DNA of 64,000 bases from Deltaproteobacteria bacterium. Its GTDB lineage: Bacteria; Myxococcota; Kuafuiibacteriia; Kuafuiibacteriales; Kuafuiibacteriaceae. Positions 9,222 through 18,638 of this stretch are shown piece after piece. The notes beneath the pieces were generated by a model. It was not told the DNA's origin. It made no database searches and saw only the letters and a list, made by a program, of their open reading frames with translations. The translations under genes were made by a program, and so were the position numbers. The stretch covers positions 1-64,000 of the forward strand of contig JAVJQW010000061.1 of assembly GCA_040218735.1 (NCBI GenBank), in the 5' to 3' direction. Within the stretch, counting starts at the first letter, position 1. Each line of letters begins with the position of its first letter.

Positions 9222-9756
9222 TACGGCAACCAGCATCCTCCTCGTCGATGACGACGAGATCTTCCGCGAGCGGCTCGCCCGCGCATTCAGCGATCGGGGG
9301 TACGACGTGCGCACCGCGGAGAACTTCGACCGCGCGGTGCAGTCCGCGCGCGAGGACTCGCCCGAGATGGCCGTGCTCGACCTCCGGATGCCGGGGCGCT
9401 CCGGCCTGGAGCTGCTGCAAGCGCTGAAGGAGATCGATCCCACCACGCGCATCGTCATGCTCACCGGCTACGGAAGCATCGCGACGGCCGTGGACGCCAC
9501 CCGCCTCGGCGCGACCTACTACGTCCCGAAACCCGCCGACGTCGACGACATCCTCGCCGCGTTCGACCGCGGCGACGCGCCGCCGATGTCGACCGCGCCG
9601 GAGTACACCGCACCGTCGCTCGCGCGCGCGGAGTGGGAGCACATCAACCGCGTCCTCGCGGACTGCGGGCACAACATCTCGGAGGCGGCGCGGCGCCTTG
9701 GCATTCACCGGCGCTCGCTGCAACGCAAGTTGCAGAAGTACCCGCCGCGCGAGTGA
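9214..9756 (+). CDS. regA: RegA/PrrA-family response regulator
   Basis: LLVDDD receiver, LTGYGSIATAV, EWEHINRVL..CGHNISEAARRLGIHRRSLQRKL; overlaps regB. Confidence 0.92.
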   Translation: MSDTATSILLVDDDEIFRERLARAFSDRGYDVRTAENFDRAVQSAREDSPEMAVLDLRMPGRSGLELLQALKEIDPTTRIVMLTGYGSIATAVDATRLGATYYVPKPADVDDILAAFDRGDAPPMSTAPEYTAPSLARAEWEHINRVLADCGHNISEAARRLGIHRRSLQRKLQKYPPRE

Positions 9757-9757
9757 G

Positions 9758-11281
9758 TCACTTCCTCAGCGCGAACCGCTGGATCTTCCCCGTCGCGGTG
9801 CGCGGAAAGTCTTCGACGAACTCGACGAGGTGCGGGAACTGGTAGCGCTGGAGCGCGGCCTTGCACCACTGACGCAACGTCTCGGGGAGGTCGTCCGACA
9901 CCTCACCGCTCGCGATGACAAACGCCTTGATGCGCATGAGCCCGCCGACCTCCACCCCCACCACCGCGGCCTCGCGGACGGTGTCGTGCTCCATCAGGCG
10001 GTTCTCGATCTCGATCGGGCTCACCCAGAGCCCGCCGACCTTCATCATGTCGTCGACGCGCCCCTCGTAGGAGAACGCGCCGTCCTCGTCCTGGTGGTAG
10101 CGATCCCCCGTCGCGAACCAGGCCCCCTGCAGGGCGCGGCGCGTCTTCGCGGGCTGGTGCCAGTAGAACGACAGCGCGGTCCCGCCGCGGACGAACAGCT
10201 CGCCGGACGAACCTCGTCCGAGCACCTGGCCCGCTTCGTCGCGAATCTCGAGCTCGTACCCGGGTACCGCGGTACCCGACGTGCCGGGCTTCACGCCGCC
10301 CGCTCGATTGCTGCAGTAGATGTGGAGCATCTCGGTCGACCCGATGCCGTCGAGGATCTCGGCGCCCGTGCGTTCATGGAAACGACGCCACACCTCTGGC
10401 GGGAGCGGCTCCGCCGCGGAGACGCCGAGGCGCACCGTCGAGAAGTCCGTGTCCTCGAACGACGCGTCCCGAAGCATCGCGTTGTAGAGCGTGGGCACGG
10501 AGAACAGCAGCGTGGGCCGGTGGGCGCGCACCTTCTCGAGCGCACGGTCCGGCGCCGGACGCCCCGTCAGATACACGGCCCGCGCGCCGACCCACAGCGG
10601 GAAGTACAACCCGTTGCCCAAACCGTAGGCGTGGAAGAGCTTCGTCGTGGAGAAACAGACGTCGTCGGCGGTCGTCTCGATGATCGAGCGCCCGTAGTGC
10701 TCACACGCATACGCGATGTCCGCGTGGCTGTGCACGACGCCCTTCGGCCGGCCCGTCGATCCGGAGCTGTACAGCCAGAACGCCATGTCGTCGGGGTGGG
10801 TCGCGACGGCCTCCACCTCGGCGTCACCGTCCTTCATCCACGCGTCGAGCGACTCCGCACCCTCCGGCGCGTCACCGTTGGCGACGACGAGCTTCACGTG
10901 CGGACGCGCCGCGAGGAACGGCTTCAGCGGTTCGAGGAAGACGGCGTCGACGATCGCGACCTCGGCGTACGCGTCGTCGAGGAAGTAGGCGAAGTCGTCC
11001 GGGCGCGCGAGGAAGTTCGTGGGGATCGGCACCGCGCCGATCCGCATCGCGCCGAGGAAGGAAGCGACGAACGCGGGGGTGTCGTCGAGCACGAACACGA
11101 CGCGTTGCTCACGGCGCACCCCGAGGGCGCGCAATCGGGCCGCGACGCGGTGGGTCCGCGCGGCGAGGTCCGCGTAGGACACTTCTTCACCTTCGTGCGT
11201 CACCAGCGCGACGCGATCACCGCGCCCCGCCTCCAGGTTTCGGTCCAGGAGGAGGCTCGCGTTCGCATTCGGTTCCGACAT
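9758..11281 (-). CDS. Benzoate-CoA ligase family protein
   Basis: FWLYSSGSTGRPKGVVH, KLFHAYGLGN, DGIGSTEMLHIY, PRTATGKIQRF. Confidence 0.92.
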   Translation of the reverse strand: MSEPNANASLLLDRNLEAGRGDRVALVTHEGEEVSYADLAARTHRVAARLRALGVRREQRVVFVLDDTPAFVASFLGAMRIGAVPIPTNFLARPDDFAYFLDDAYAEVAIVDAVFLEPLKPFLAARPHVKLVVANGDAPEGAESLDAWMKDGDAEVEAVATHPDDMAFWLYSSGSTGRPKGVVHSHADIAYACEHYGRSIIETTADDVCFSTTKLFHAYGLGNGLYFPLWVGARAVYLTGRPAPDRALEKVRAHRPTLLFSVPTLYNAMLRDASFEDTDFSTVRLGVSAAEPLPPEVWRRFHERTGAEILDGIGSTEMLHIYCSNRAGGVKPGTSGTAVPGYELEIRDEAGQVLGRGSSGELFVRGGTALSFYWHQPAKTRRALQGAWFATGDRYHQDEDGAFSYEGRVDDMMKVGGLWVSPIEIENRLMEHDTVREAAVVGVEVGGLMRIKAFVIASGEVSDDLPETLRQWCKAALQRYQFPHLVEFVEDFPRTATGKIQRFALRK

Positions 11282-11341
11282 CGCGTGCGAAGGTACGTAG
11301 ATCCCGTCGCACGGTGCAACGGCAGCGCGTATGATTCCGGG

Positions 11342-12685
11342 GTGCCGGACGTGGATCCCATCCAGCGCGCGATGCGGATCTTCGAGAGGCGGGTCGGCCG
11401 ACGCGTCGGCGCGATCGCGACGCTCGGTGGCGTCGCTGGCGCGGGGCTCTGGGGCGCCGCGCGATTCCTCGAGCTCACCTCCACGCCCTACACCCAAGTG
11501 ACCCTCGCGTTCGCCGCAGGCCTGGTGCTCGGGCCGATCGCCGACCGCGTCTCGCGACGCCTCGCGCGCGGACGGATGCAACGCGCGCTGGCGGCGGAGG
11601 CATCGATCGAGAGCGACGCCCCGCTCGATCTTCGGCGCCGCCTCCGCGCCGAGACCATGGCCACCGAAGAGGAGTCGAAGAGCCTCGCGTGGCCGCTCGC
11701 GCGCATCGCCGTGCTCGCCGTCGTGAGTTGGCTGTGGCTGTTCGGCGCCGTCCTCGGCGACGACTTCCTCGACATGGTCGGCAAGGCGCTGAGTTACCTG
11801 ATGGTGCACGCCGGCCCCGCGCTCGCGCTGTTCGGCTACGCCGCATACCGGCAGGGCAAGGTGCTCGCCGAGCCGCTGACGTCGAAGAAACGAAGCGCCG
11901 TCACCGCCGCCGCGATGGGCGGCGCGATGGTGTTGCCCGCGCTGATCTCACCGCTCGGCTTCCTCGCCGGCCTCGCCGCGAGCGCGCTCGGCTTCGGGCT
12001 CGCGGGGGCGCTCGTGATGGTGCCGGTGTCGTGGTGGATGCGGCAGCGGACGCGCCGCGAACGCATCGCCCTGTCGCAAGTTGCCTTGCCGCCGACCGCC
12101 GCGGACTCCGAGGACGTCCGCGTCCTCTTGCGTTCGACGTTCGAGTGGCGCGACGGTCCCCCCGAGCTCCGCGCGCGTGCGCTCCGCGAGCTCGCCAAAC
12201 GCGTCGGCGCGGAGGGCATCGGCGAGGACCTGCACCGGGCCCTCGCGGAGGACGTCGAAGCGCTACGAATCACCGCGCTGGAGCTCGTGCGCGAGCTCCG
12301 GCACCGGCTCCCGCTCACAGCGCTCCTCGAGGTCGAAAGGTCTGCGACGCCGGCGCAAGCCCGCTTGCTCCCGGCGCTCCTCCACCGACACCGCGGCGAC
12401 GAGGTCGAAGCCGCGCTCCTGAGGCTCCTCGATCACGACGACGCCGAGGTCGCCTCCGCGGCGGCGGAGTCGCTCGGGCTCGTCGGCTCGATCGAAACCG
12501 TGGAGCGCATCGAGGCCGCCGTGAAGCGCCACGCCAAGATCTGGGAGGTCTGCAGCGAAGCGATCCAGCGCATCCGCATCCGCTCCGGCGGCGCACCCGG
12601 CCGCCTGTCCCTCGTCGCGGAAGACGAGCTCGTCGGCGCGCTCAGCTCCACCGCCGATCACGCACTGTCGATCACCGATCCCTAG
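11342..12685 (+). CDS. Membrane protein with C-terminal HEAT repeats
   Basis: Several hydrophobic helices followed by HEAT-like segments (LLRLLDHDDAEVASAAAESLGLVG) and a GRLSLV..GALS tail. Confidence 0.7.
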   Translation: MPDVDPIQRAMRIFERRVGRRVGAIATLGGVAGAGLWGAARFLELTSTPYTQVTLAFAAGLVLGPIADRVSRRLARGRMQRALAAEASIESDAPLDLRRRLRAETMATEEESKSLAWPLARIAVLAVVSWLWLFGAVLGDDFLDMVGKALSYLMVHAGPALALFGYAAYRQGKVLAEPLTSKKRSAVTAAAMGGAMVLPALISPLGFLAGLAASALGFGLAGALVMVPVSWWMRQRTRRERIALSQVALPPTAADSEDVRVLLRSTFEWRDGPPELRARALRELAKRVGAEGIGEDLHRALAEDVEALRITALELVRELRHRLPLTALLEVERSATPAQARLLPALLHRHRGDEVEAALLRLLDHDDAEVASAAAESLGLVGSIETVERIEAAVKRHAKIWEVCSEAIQRIRIRSGGAPGRLSLVAEDELVGALSSTADHALSITDP

Positions 12686-12688
12686 TGA

Positions 12689-13987
12689 CTAGCGCGCGCA
12701 AGGCGACTTGCGCACGAACACCACGGCGTCGTCCTCGCGGATCGCCGCGCCGCCCACCGTTCGCTCGAGCACACGTTGGCCGATGACCGTCTCGGGCGCG
12801 CACTGGAGCGTCGCGTCGCGGCGGATCGCGATGGTGTCGGGGAGCAGCGCGAGGAGCGCGCCGTCGAACACACCGATGTCGTTCATCGGGCGGACGTCGA
12901 ACGACAAGAGCCGCTCCAGCGTGGGCCCGACGGTCGAGGTCGGCGGCGAGGCGTCGCATACCGGGCGGACCTGGTCCGTGCGCACCAAGGAGATCTCTCC
13001 GTCGACGTCGCCCACGAGGATCTCCCCGGTCGGCATCTGCACCATCCCCGTGAACTCGACGCGGTCCGTGCACGGCTGCGGTCGCGGCCTGATGCGCGAG
13101 TGGACGAGCCGCTGTCCGCCGGCGGTGAACATGTCGAGCGAGCTGACCCGCAGCACACCCGCGTACGGCAGGCCTTCGCGCGGGTTCACCCACGGCGACA
13201 CCGCGTTGCCGTTGAACGGGCCACGGTCCCACGCGTCTGCGCCTTCGCGGTACACGAGGCCCACGCCCGACTTCGTGACGACCACGAGCTCCGCCGCTCC
13301 GAAGCCGCTCGTGCCGTCGACCCAGCCGCGGTCGGTGGACTCGCCGTTGCTCAGCGGGATGCGCTCGAATCCGGCGACCATCGACCCGCGCCACACCGCG
13401 TCGTCGGCGACGAGCCACAACAGCTCCGCCGTGCGGGTCGCCGCGAAGGTCCGCGCGGGTCGCTCCCCGAACGTCGAGACCGAGCCATCGATGCTCACCC
13501 GCAGCAACCGCGTCGCCGTCGCCACGAGCACCGCGCCGTCCTCGAGGCCGACGCCATAGTCGATGGGCTCGCCGACCTCGACCCGCGTCAGCACGGGGCA
13601 GCCCGGATCGAACGCAAACGGAAGGCGCCCCAGAAGATCGTCGACCTCGTCGACCGCGGTCCACGCCCCCACGTCGAGCACCATGCGGTACGCCGAAACG
13701 AACGCGGGCGCGTCCGCCGCAGAACCCAGCGCCTGCTCACCCGGCGCGAGCCCGAGCGTCGCGAGCGGACAGCCCAGCTCCACCACGACCAACTCCGTGA
13801 CTCCGGCCGCACCCGAGAAGCTCGGGGGACCCCAGCCGGGCTCGACGTCGGCGGCGACGGCGGCGACGACGTCGTCGCCAGCCAGATAGAAGGTCACCGC
13901 CGCGCTCGCGCCGTCGTCCGGCGGGCGGGGGAGCTCGGTCACGCTCGTGCACGCGGCGAGCGACAAGAGGAGCGCGGACCAGCGCAT
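12689..13987 (-). CDS. Hypothetical lipoprotein (possible beta-propeller)
   Basis: MRWSALLLSLAAC lipobox; divergent from the adjacent kinase. Confidence 0.65.
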   Translation of the reverse strand: MRWSALLLSLAACTSVTELPRPPDDGASAAVTFYLAGDDVVAAVAADVEPGWGPPSFSGAAGVTELVVVELGCPLATLGLAPGEQALGSAADAPAFVSAYRMVLDVGAWTAVDEVDDLLGRLPFAFDPGCPVLTRVEVGEPIDYGVGLEDGAVLVATATRLLRVSIDGSVSTFGERPARTFAATRTAELLWLVADDAVWRGSMVAGFERIPLSNGESTDRGWVDGTSGFGAAELVVVTKSGVGLVYREGADAWDRGPFNGNAVSPWVNPREGLPYAGVLRVSSLDMFTAGGQRLVHSRIRPRPQPCTDRVEFTGMVQMPTGEILVGDVDGEISLVRTDQVRPVCDASPPTSTVGPTLERLLSFDVRPMNDIGVFDGALLALLPDTIAIRRDATLQCAPETVIGQRVLERTVGGAAIREDDAVVFVRKSPCAR

Positions 13988-14045
13988 GCGAGGCGGAGCA
14001 TACGTGTTTGGTTTCGGACGAGCGAGCCTCGATAATCGACGCGGC

Positions 14046-15875
14046 GTGGCGGACGACCCGATCACCTTCGGCGCGTACCGACTCTACGAACAGATCGGCC
14101 GCGGCGGCATGGCCACCGTGTGGCTCGCGACGCGTGAGGGGTCGTCCGACCTCTGTGTCCTCAAGCGGCTCCGCGGCGATCGTGATCTCGACCCTGACGT
14201 CCCCGCCCGCTTCGTCCGCGAAGCGCACCTCTGCACGCTCCTCGACCACCCCAACATCGCGCGCGTCGTCGACGCCGGGCGCGTCGACGACGACTTCTTC
14301 ATCGCCTTCGAGTACGTCGCTGGGATCTCGGTGTACGACGTGCTCCGCGCGCTGCACCCGAAGAAGCAGGTCCTCCCGTTCGCGATCACCGTCGCGATCG
14401 CCCAGCAGCTCCTCGACGGCCTCGCCGTTGCGCACACCGCGCGCGACGGCGACGGCGCGGCGATGAACCTCGTCCACCGCGACCTCTCGCCGGCGAACGT
14501 CATGCTCGGGTTCGACGGGCGCGTGAAGGTGATCGACTTCGGCGTCGCCTCGGCGCGGGTCGACGCGCTGAAGACGTCGCCCGGCAAAGTGTTCGGGACG
14601 ATGCGCTACATGTCGCCCGACCAAGCGCTCGGCCGACCGCTCGACGCCCGCAGCGATCTCTACACCGTCGGCGTCGTGCTCTACGAGATGCTCTGCGGCG
14701 CCCCGGTGATTCCGCGCAGCAAGAAGCTCACGTGGAAGGACGCGTTCAAGCAGATCGTCGAGACGTGGCCCGCGCCGCTCGCCGAGGCGGCGCCGCTGGT
14801 ACCGCGCTCGCTCGCGTTCGCGGTGGAGCGCGCGTTCGCGAAGGCGCCAGAGGATCGGTGGCCCGACGCCGACTCGATGCGCGACGCCATCGTCACCGGG
14901 AGCGCAGAGCTCGGGCGCGTCAACCAGGAGGGGCTGTCGCGGTTCCTGCAGCAACACTTCGAAACGGAGCGCCTGGATCGCGAAGCGCTCTTCCTTCGCG
15001 TTGCCGCGCTCGCGGGGGTCCCGGAGTTGGAGCCCATCCCGACGCGCACCGGCGTGCTCCCACAGGGCCCGGACCCGCAAATGCTCGCGACCCGCAGCGC
15101 GCCGCTGGATGAGCTCTATCTCGCTACGCGCGCCGCCGATCCGGCGTTGGCCGAAGCCGAGACACAACCGACGGGTGACGCGATCTCCGAGGCGCCCACC
15201 GACGCTTCGTCGACCCACGACGCACCGACCACCGCGGACGCACCGGCGAGCCTGGACCTCACACCGTCGTTGCCGACGCGCGCGATTCGCGCCGAGCGGC
15301 GCCGGACCCCGTGGGCGGTGTTCGGCGGCCTCGCGATCGTCGCGGCGGTGACCACGGCGGCGATCGCGCAGTGGCAGTTCGGGGCGCCGACGCCGCTCCA
15401 GGTGGCCGAGGCACCCGCGCCGCCCGTACCCCGTCCGACCGCGGAGCGGGCCCCGCGGATTGAATCACCGAGCGCGGCCCTGGAGCTCCCGCGGATCACA
15501 CCGCGCACGGCGCCCGCCGAACCTTCCAAACCTTCCGAACCTTCCGAACCCGACGGCCCCGCCGAGGCCGCCGAACCCGACGATCCCGCCGAACCCGCCG
15601 AGGCCGCGCCCGCTCCGCGTCCCGAACCCACGCGCGGCCGCGCGCGCGTCGCTCCGCCGCCGTCCGATCCGCTCGTGGCGCTGCTCCGCGAGCTGGAGGC
15701 CGACCCGCGGGACGCCGATCTCCAAGCGCAGCTCTACGGGCGCCTCGTCGCCGCCGCGCGGGTGCTGCCGGACGCCGCGCGCCGACAACGCGTCGAGAGC
15801 GCCGCGCGCCGGGCGCGGCGGTCGGGGAGCCTGCGCGCGTTCAAGGAGGCGGTGTCGCTCGTCTCAGGGCGATGA
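14046..15875 (+). CDS. Membrane Ser/Thr protein kinase (Hanks type)
   Basis: IGRGGMATVW, VLKR, HRDLSPAN, DFG, YMSPDQ; TM helix then Pro-rich extracytoplasmic tail. Confidence 0.93.
   Translation: MADDPITFGAYRLYEQIGRGGMATVWLATREGSSDLCVLKRLRGDRDLDPDVPARFVREAHLCTLLDHPNIARVVDAGRVDDDFFIAFEYVAGISVYDVLRALHPKKQVLPFAITVAIAQQLLDGLAVAHTARDGDGAAMNLVHRDLSPANVMLGFDGRVKVIDFGVASARVDALKTSPGKVFGTMRYMSPDQALGRPLDARSDLYTVGVVLYEMLCGAPVIPRSKKLTWKDAFKQIVETWPAPLAEAAPLVPRSLAFAVERAFAKAPEDRWPDADSMRDAIVTGSAELGRVNQEGLSRFLQQHFETERLDREALFLRVAALAGVPELEPIPTRTGVLPQGPDPQMLATRSAPLDELYLATRAADPALAEAETQPTGDAISEAPTDASSTHDAPTTADAPASLDLTPSLPTRAIRAERRRTPWAVFGGLAIVAAVTTAAIAQWQFGAPTPLQVAEAPAPPVPRPTAERAPRIESPSAALELPRITPRTAPAEPSKPSEPSEPDGPAEAAEPDDPAEPAEAAPAPRPEPTRGRARVAPPPSDPLVALLRELEADPRDADLQAQLYGRLVAAARVLPDAARRQRVESAARRARRSGSLRAFKEAVSLVSGR
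15517..15551 (+). repeat. In-frame 9-nt tandem repeat (CCGAACCTT) in kinase linker
   Basis: ccgaacctt ccaaacctt ccgaacctt ccgaaccc, encoding EPSKPSEPSEP. Confidence 0.75.
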
Positions 15876-16976
15876 GCGCCCGAGCGCGACGGGGTCGGGA
15901 TCGAGCGCGAGCGTCATCGCGAGGGTGAGGCCACCGACGACGGCGCCCGCGACGAATTCGAACAGCGGTAGCGGCGGGTCTTCGGAGAACAGGAGGTTCG
16001 TGATGGCGACCGTCGCGCCGAAGCCGACGAGCGCCAAACCGATCGGCGCGAGTGGCAGCCCCGTGTTCGGATCTTCGAAGACACCCGAGCTGCCGCCGGT
16101 CCGCGCGAACATCGACGCGCCGGAGTCGTCGAACACGTAGACCCCGCGATCGAGGAACAGCGAACCGACGACGAGCCCCGCGCCGAGCGTCGCCACCCCC
16201 GCGCCGCCCCACCGAAGGATCGGGTTCATCTTCGCGCGGTCGCCGGGGCGCGAGATCGGCACCGCGACCTCGACGCGCGCGCCCGGCTCGAGCTCGACGG
16301 TCTGCGACCACGCCCCGTGTTCGGAGTGGGTCGCGTCGAGTCGATGGGAGCCCGGCGGCACGCGTCGAAACCGCACCGACGCCTGCGTCGTCACCTGCTC
16401 CGCGTCGTCGAACCGCAGCCTCGTCTCGGGCGCCGCATCCACGCGCACCTCGGCGAGCTGGACGTGCCCCGCCTTCGCGAGCGCCGGCTGATACGTCTCA
16501 CGCCACGCGGCCTCGACGAATCGCTCCAGCGCTTCGGGCGCACCCACCTCACGCTCCGTGGTCAGCGCAGCCTGGGCCTCGATCCGCAGCTCGACGTCGC
16601 CACCCGCGGCGACGATCGCGCGAACCTTCTCGACGTCGAGGAGCGTCACCACGACGACTTCGTTCGGCGCCCGCCCCGCGACCGTGGTGAGGAGCACAAA
16701 CGGGGCCTCGGGCTCGAGCCGCGCGACGAGACAAGCGAGCGCCCCTTCACACTCCGTCACCAACGACTCCGACGCGAGCCTCAGGTCGAGGCCCACCGTC
16801 TCGAAGCGGCGCGCCCATGCATCGAGTAGCTCGGAGGTGCGCAGCACCGACGCTCCAGTGCCGGGGCGGCTGATAACGAGCGGCATCGGACGGTTCGTCG
16901 TGACGTTGACGACCTGCTCGGCCGCGGCCGGCAGAGGCGCGCACACCAGCGCCGCGACGACGATCCCCCGGAGCAC
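15864..16976 (-). CDS. Secreted/membrane protein with PEGA-like domain
   Basis: Signal peptide; RRVPPGSHRLDATH...WSQTVELEPG PEGA-like segment; hydrophobic Gly-rich C-terminus. Confidence 0.65.
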   Translation of the reverse strand: MLRGIVVAALVCAPLPAAAEQVVNVTTNRPMPLVISRPGTGASVLRTSELLDAWARRFETVGLDLRLASESLVTECEGALACLVARLEPEAPFVLLTTVAGRAPNEVVVVTLLDVEKVRAIVAAGGDVELRIEAQAALTTEREVGAPEALERFVEAAWRETYQPALAKAGHVQLAEVRVDAAPETRLRFDDAEQVTTQASVRFRRVPPGSHRLDATHSEHGAWSQTVELEPGARVEVAVPISRPGDRAKMNPILRWGGAGVATLGAGLVVGSLFLDRGVYVFDDSGASMFARTGGSSGVFEDPNTGLPLAPIGLALVGFGATVAITNLLFSEDPPLPLFEFVAGAVVGGLTLAMTLALDPDPVALGRSSP

Positions 16977-17013
16977 GCCGCACGATAAGAGGGCCCCGAG
17001 GGCCTTGCCAAGC

Positions 17014-17652
17014 CTACCGGCGGACGATGACGGACGTGGTGCGCGCGACGTTGCGGACGAACTGGAGCTCGACCGCTTCGCCCCCCGCCTCCACGTCCTC
17101 CGCGGTCAGCCCATCGAGCCACTCGGCGGGGCGGACGACGAAGGTGAGATCGGCCGAGAGCGCGTCGAGGTGGAACTCGAGCGGCGGGTCGAGCGTCGAC
17201 GTGAGATCGACGTGGAGGTTCGTGGCCATCGTGACGGCGCGGCCGTCGAGCGTCCCGCGCACGGCGACTGAAGAGGCGTGCTCGGCCGTCGCGGCGAGCG
17301 CGATGCGCGCTTCGCAGTAGCGGCCGCCGGCCGGGGACAGCACGAGGAGCGCGCGCTCGGGATCACCCGCGGCCATCGAGGTCTCCTGCGCCGAGAACGC
17401 GACCGAGCGATCCCACGCGTGGGCGTAGGCGGACGGGAGGACGACGTCGCCGAGCCAACGCGCGGCGCGCGCAAGCTCCGACGCGCAGGGCACGAGCTCG
17501 ATGTTCGCGACGCCGAGGGTCAACGACGCGTGCTCGAACGCGGTCTCGTTCGAACCGTCGGCGACGTTGATCTGGGCCCAAGTGCCGTCGGCGCGATCCA
17601 CACACCCGGCGAGCATCACGAGGCCGAGGAGCGCGAGGAGCTTAGATGTCAT
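17014..17652 (-). CDS. Hypothetical lipoprotein
   Basis: MTSKLLALLGLVMLAGC lipobox; overlaps the upstream gene by 11 nt. Confidence 0.7.
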   Translation of the reverse strand: MTSKLLALLGLVMLAGCVDRADGTWAQINVADGSNETAFEHASLTLGVANIELVPCASELARAARWLGDVVLPSAYAHAWDRSVAFSAQETSMAAGDPERALLVLSPAGGRYCEARIALAATAEHASSVAVRGTLDGRAVTMATNLHVDLTSTLDPPLEFHLDALSADLTFVVRPAEWLDGLTAEDVEAGGEAVELQFVRNVARTTSVIVRR

Positions 17653-18532
17653 AGGCCGCTCCGAAGAGGACGCTCACGCCCTCGTCGTGGTCCCCGCGCA
17701 CGGCGCGGTAGGCCGGCAGCATGACGACGGCGCGCAGCACGAGGTCGTCGAAGGGCGACAGGACGACCTCCGGCGAGACGACGGTCGCGAGGCCGCCGGA
17801 GTGCGGATCGACCTCGCCCTCCTCGCGCACCGCCTGATCGATCCGTGCGTCGAGCGACAGACGCAGCGCGACCATGTCGAAGGGCTGGTACTGCATCGCC
17901 CACGAGACGAGGCCGACGGCGCCCGTGCGGAACGTGGATCCGTGCCACACCGGGAGGCCGGCGTTCGCGCTGACGAACATCGAAAACGGCGAAAAGAACC
18001 AGCTGTAGGAGACCCCCGCGAGCACGTCGAGGGACGCGGAGCCGACCTGCGCCTCCAGCGGGAGGGGGCGCCCGAGCTCGTCTTCGAACACGACGCCGGT
18101 CGGGAGGGAGAGGCCGCCGTTGAGCGCGACGAGGTGGCGCGGCGCGAGCGAACGATCCCGGAACACGAACCACTTCGCGAAGGCCTCGACGTCACCGAGC
18201 GACATGACGTCGTCGCGCGCGAGGTTCACGTAGCGGGCGCGGCGGCGCACGAGCGGGATCTTGGTGGCGAGGAACAGGCGCTCGCTGAGCGCATAGGCGC
18301 CCGACAGCTCGAAGCGCTGCTCGCTGATGTCGATCGCGTCGACGCCGCTGACCCCGGTCGACTCGGTGCGGTGCTGCATCTGCAGCGACACCCGCGTGCG
18401 GCCCTCGAAGGGCTGCTCGACGCCCGTCACCGTGAGGGTCGGGTCGCCGGTCGAGCACGTCGAGCACGCGTCGGCCGGCGCGGCGACGAACGACGAGACG
18501 GCCACGAGGCCCACGGCGAGGATCCAACGCAC
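17642..18532 (-). CDS. Outer-membrane beta-barrel (MetA-pathway/transporter-like) with N-terminal CxxC
   Basis: Signal peptide then ACSTCSTGDP; LGDVEAF, GLSLPTG, QVGSAS.D, HSGG motifs; C-terminal aromatic strand. Confidence 0.65.
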   Translation of the reverse strand: MRWILAVGLVAVSSFVAAPADACSTCSTGDPTLTVTGVEQPFEGRTRVSLQMQHRTESTGVSGVDAIDISEQRFELSGAYALSERLFLATKIPLVRRRARYVNLARDDVMSLGDVEAFAKWFVFRDRSLAPRHLVALNGGLSLPTGVVFEDELGRPLPLEAQVGSASLDVLAGVSYSWFFSPFSMFVSANAGLPVWHGSTFRTGAVGLVSWAMQYQPFDMVALRLSLDARIDQAVREEGEVDPHSGGLATVVSPEVVLSPFDDLVLRAVVMLPAYRAVRGDHDEGVSVLFGAAYDI

Positions 18533-18638
18533 GGCGTTACGACGATTCGGCGTACCACGGCATTCGCTTGAGCCCGTGCGACACGCTGTCGCACGATCGC
18601 TTGAACCCCTGTGCGATGCGGACTACACCGGTGCCTTC

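Noticed and set aside
9754-9760. TGAGTCA junction of convergent stop codons, seen here and at 51373-51379
   Set aside because: This follows simply from two TGA stops separated by one base; there is no evidence that it is a recombination or binding site.
9698-11341. Long N-terminal extensions in the ORF track (995-aa, 683-aa, 819-aa and 864-aa calls) suggesting fusions or overlaps
   Set aside because: The extensions overlap real neighbouring genes. Downstream starts with signal peptides or coupled stops explain the true proteins.
15517-15551. 9-nt tandem repeat as a phase-variation tract
   Set aside because: The unit length is a multiple of three and lies in a Pro-rich linker, so slippage would only change linker length.
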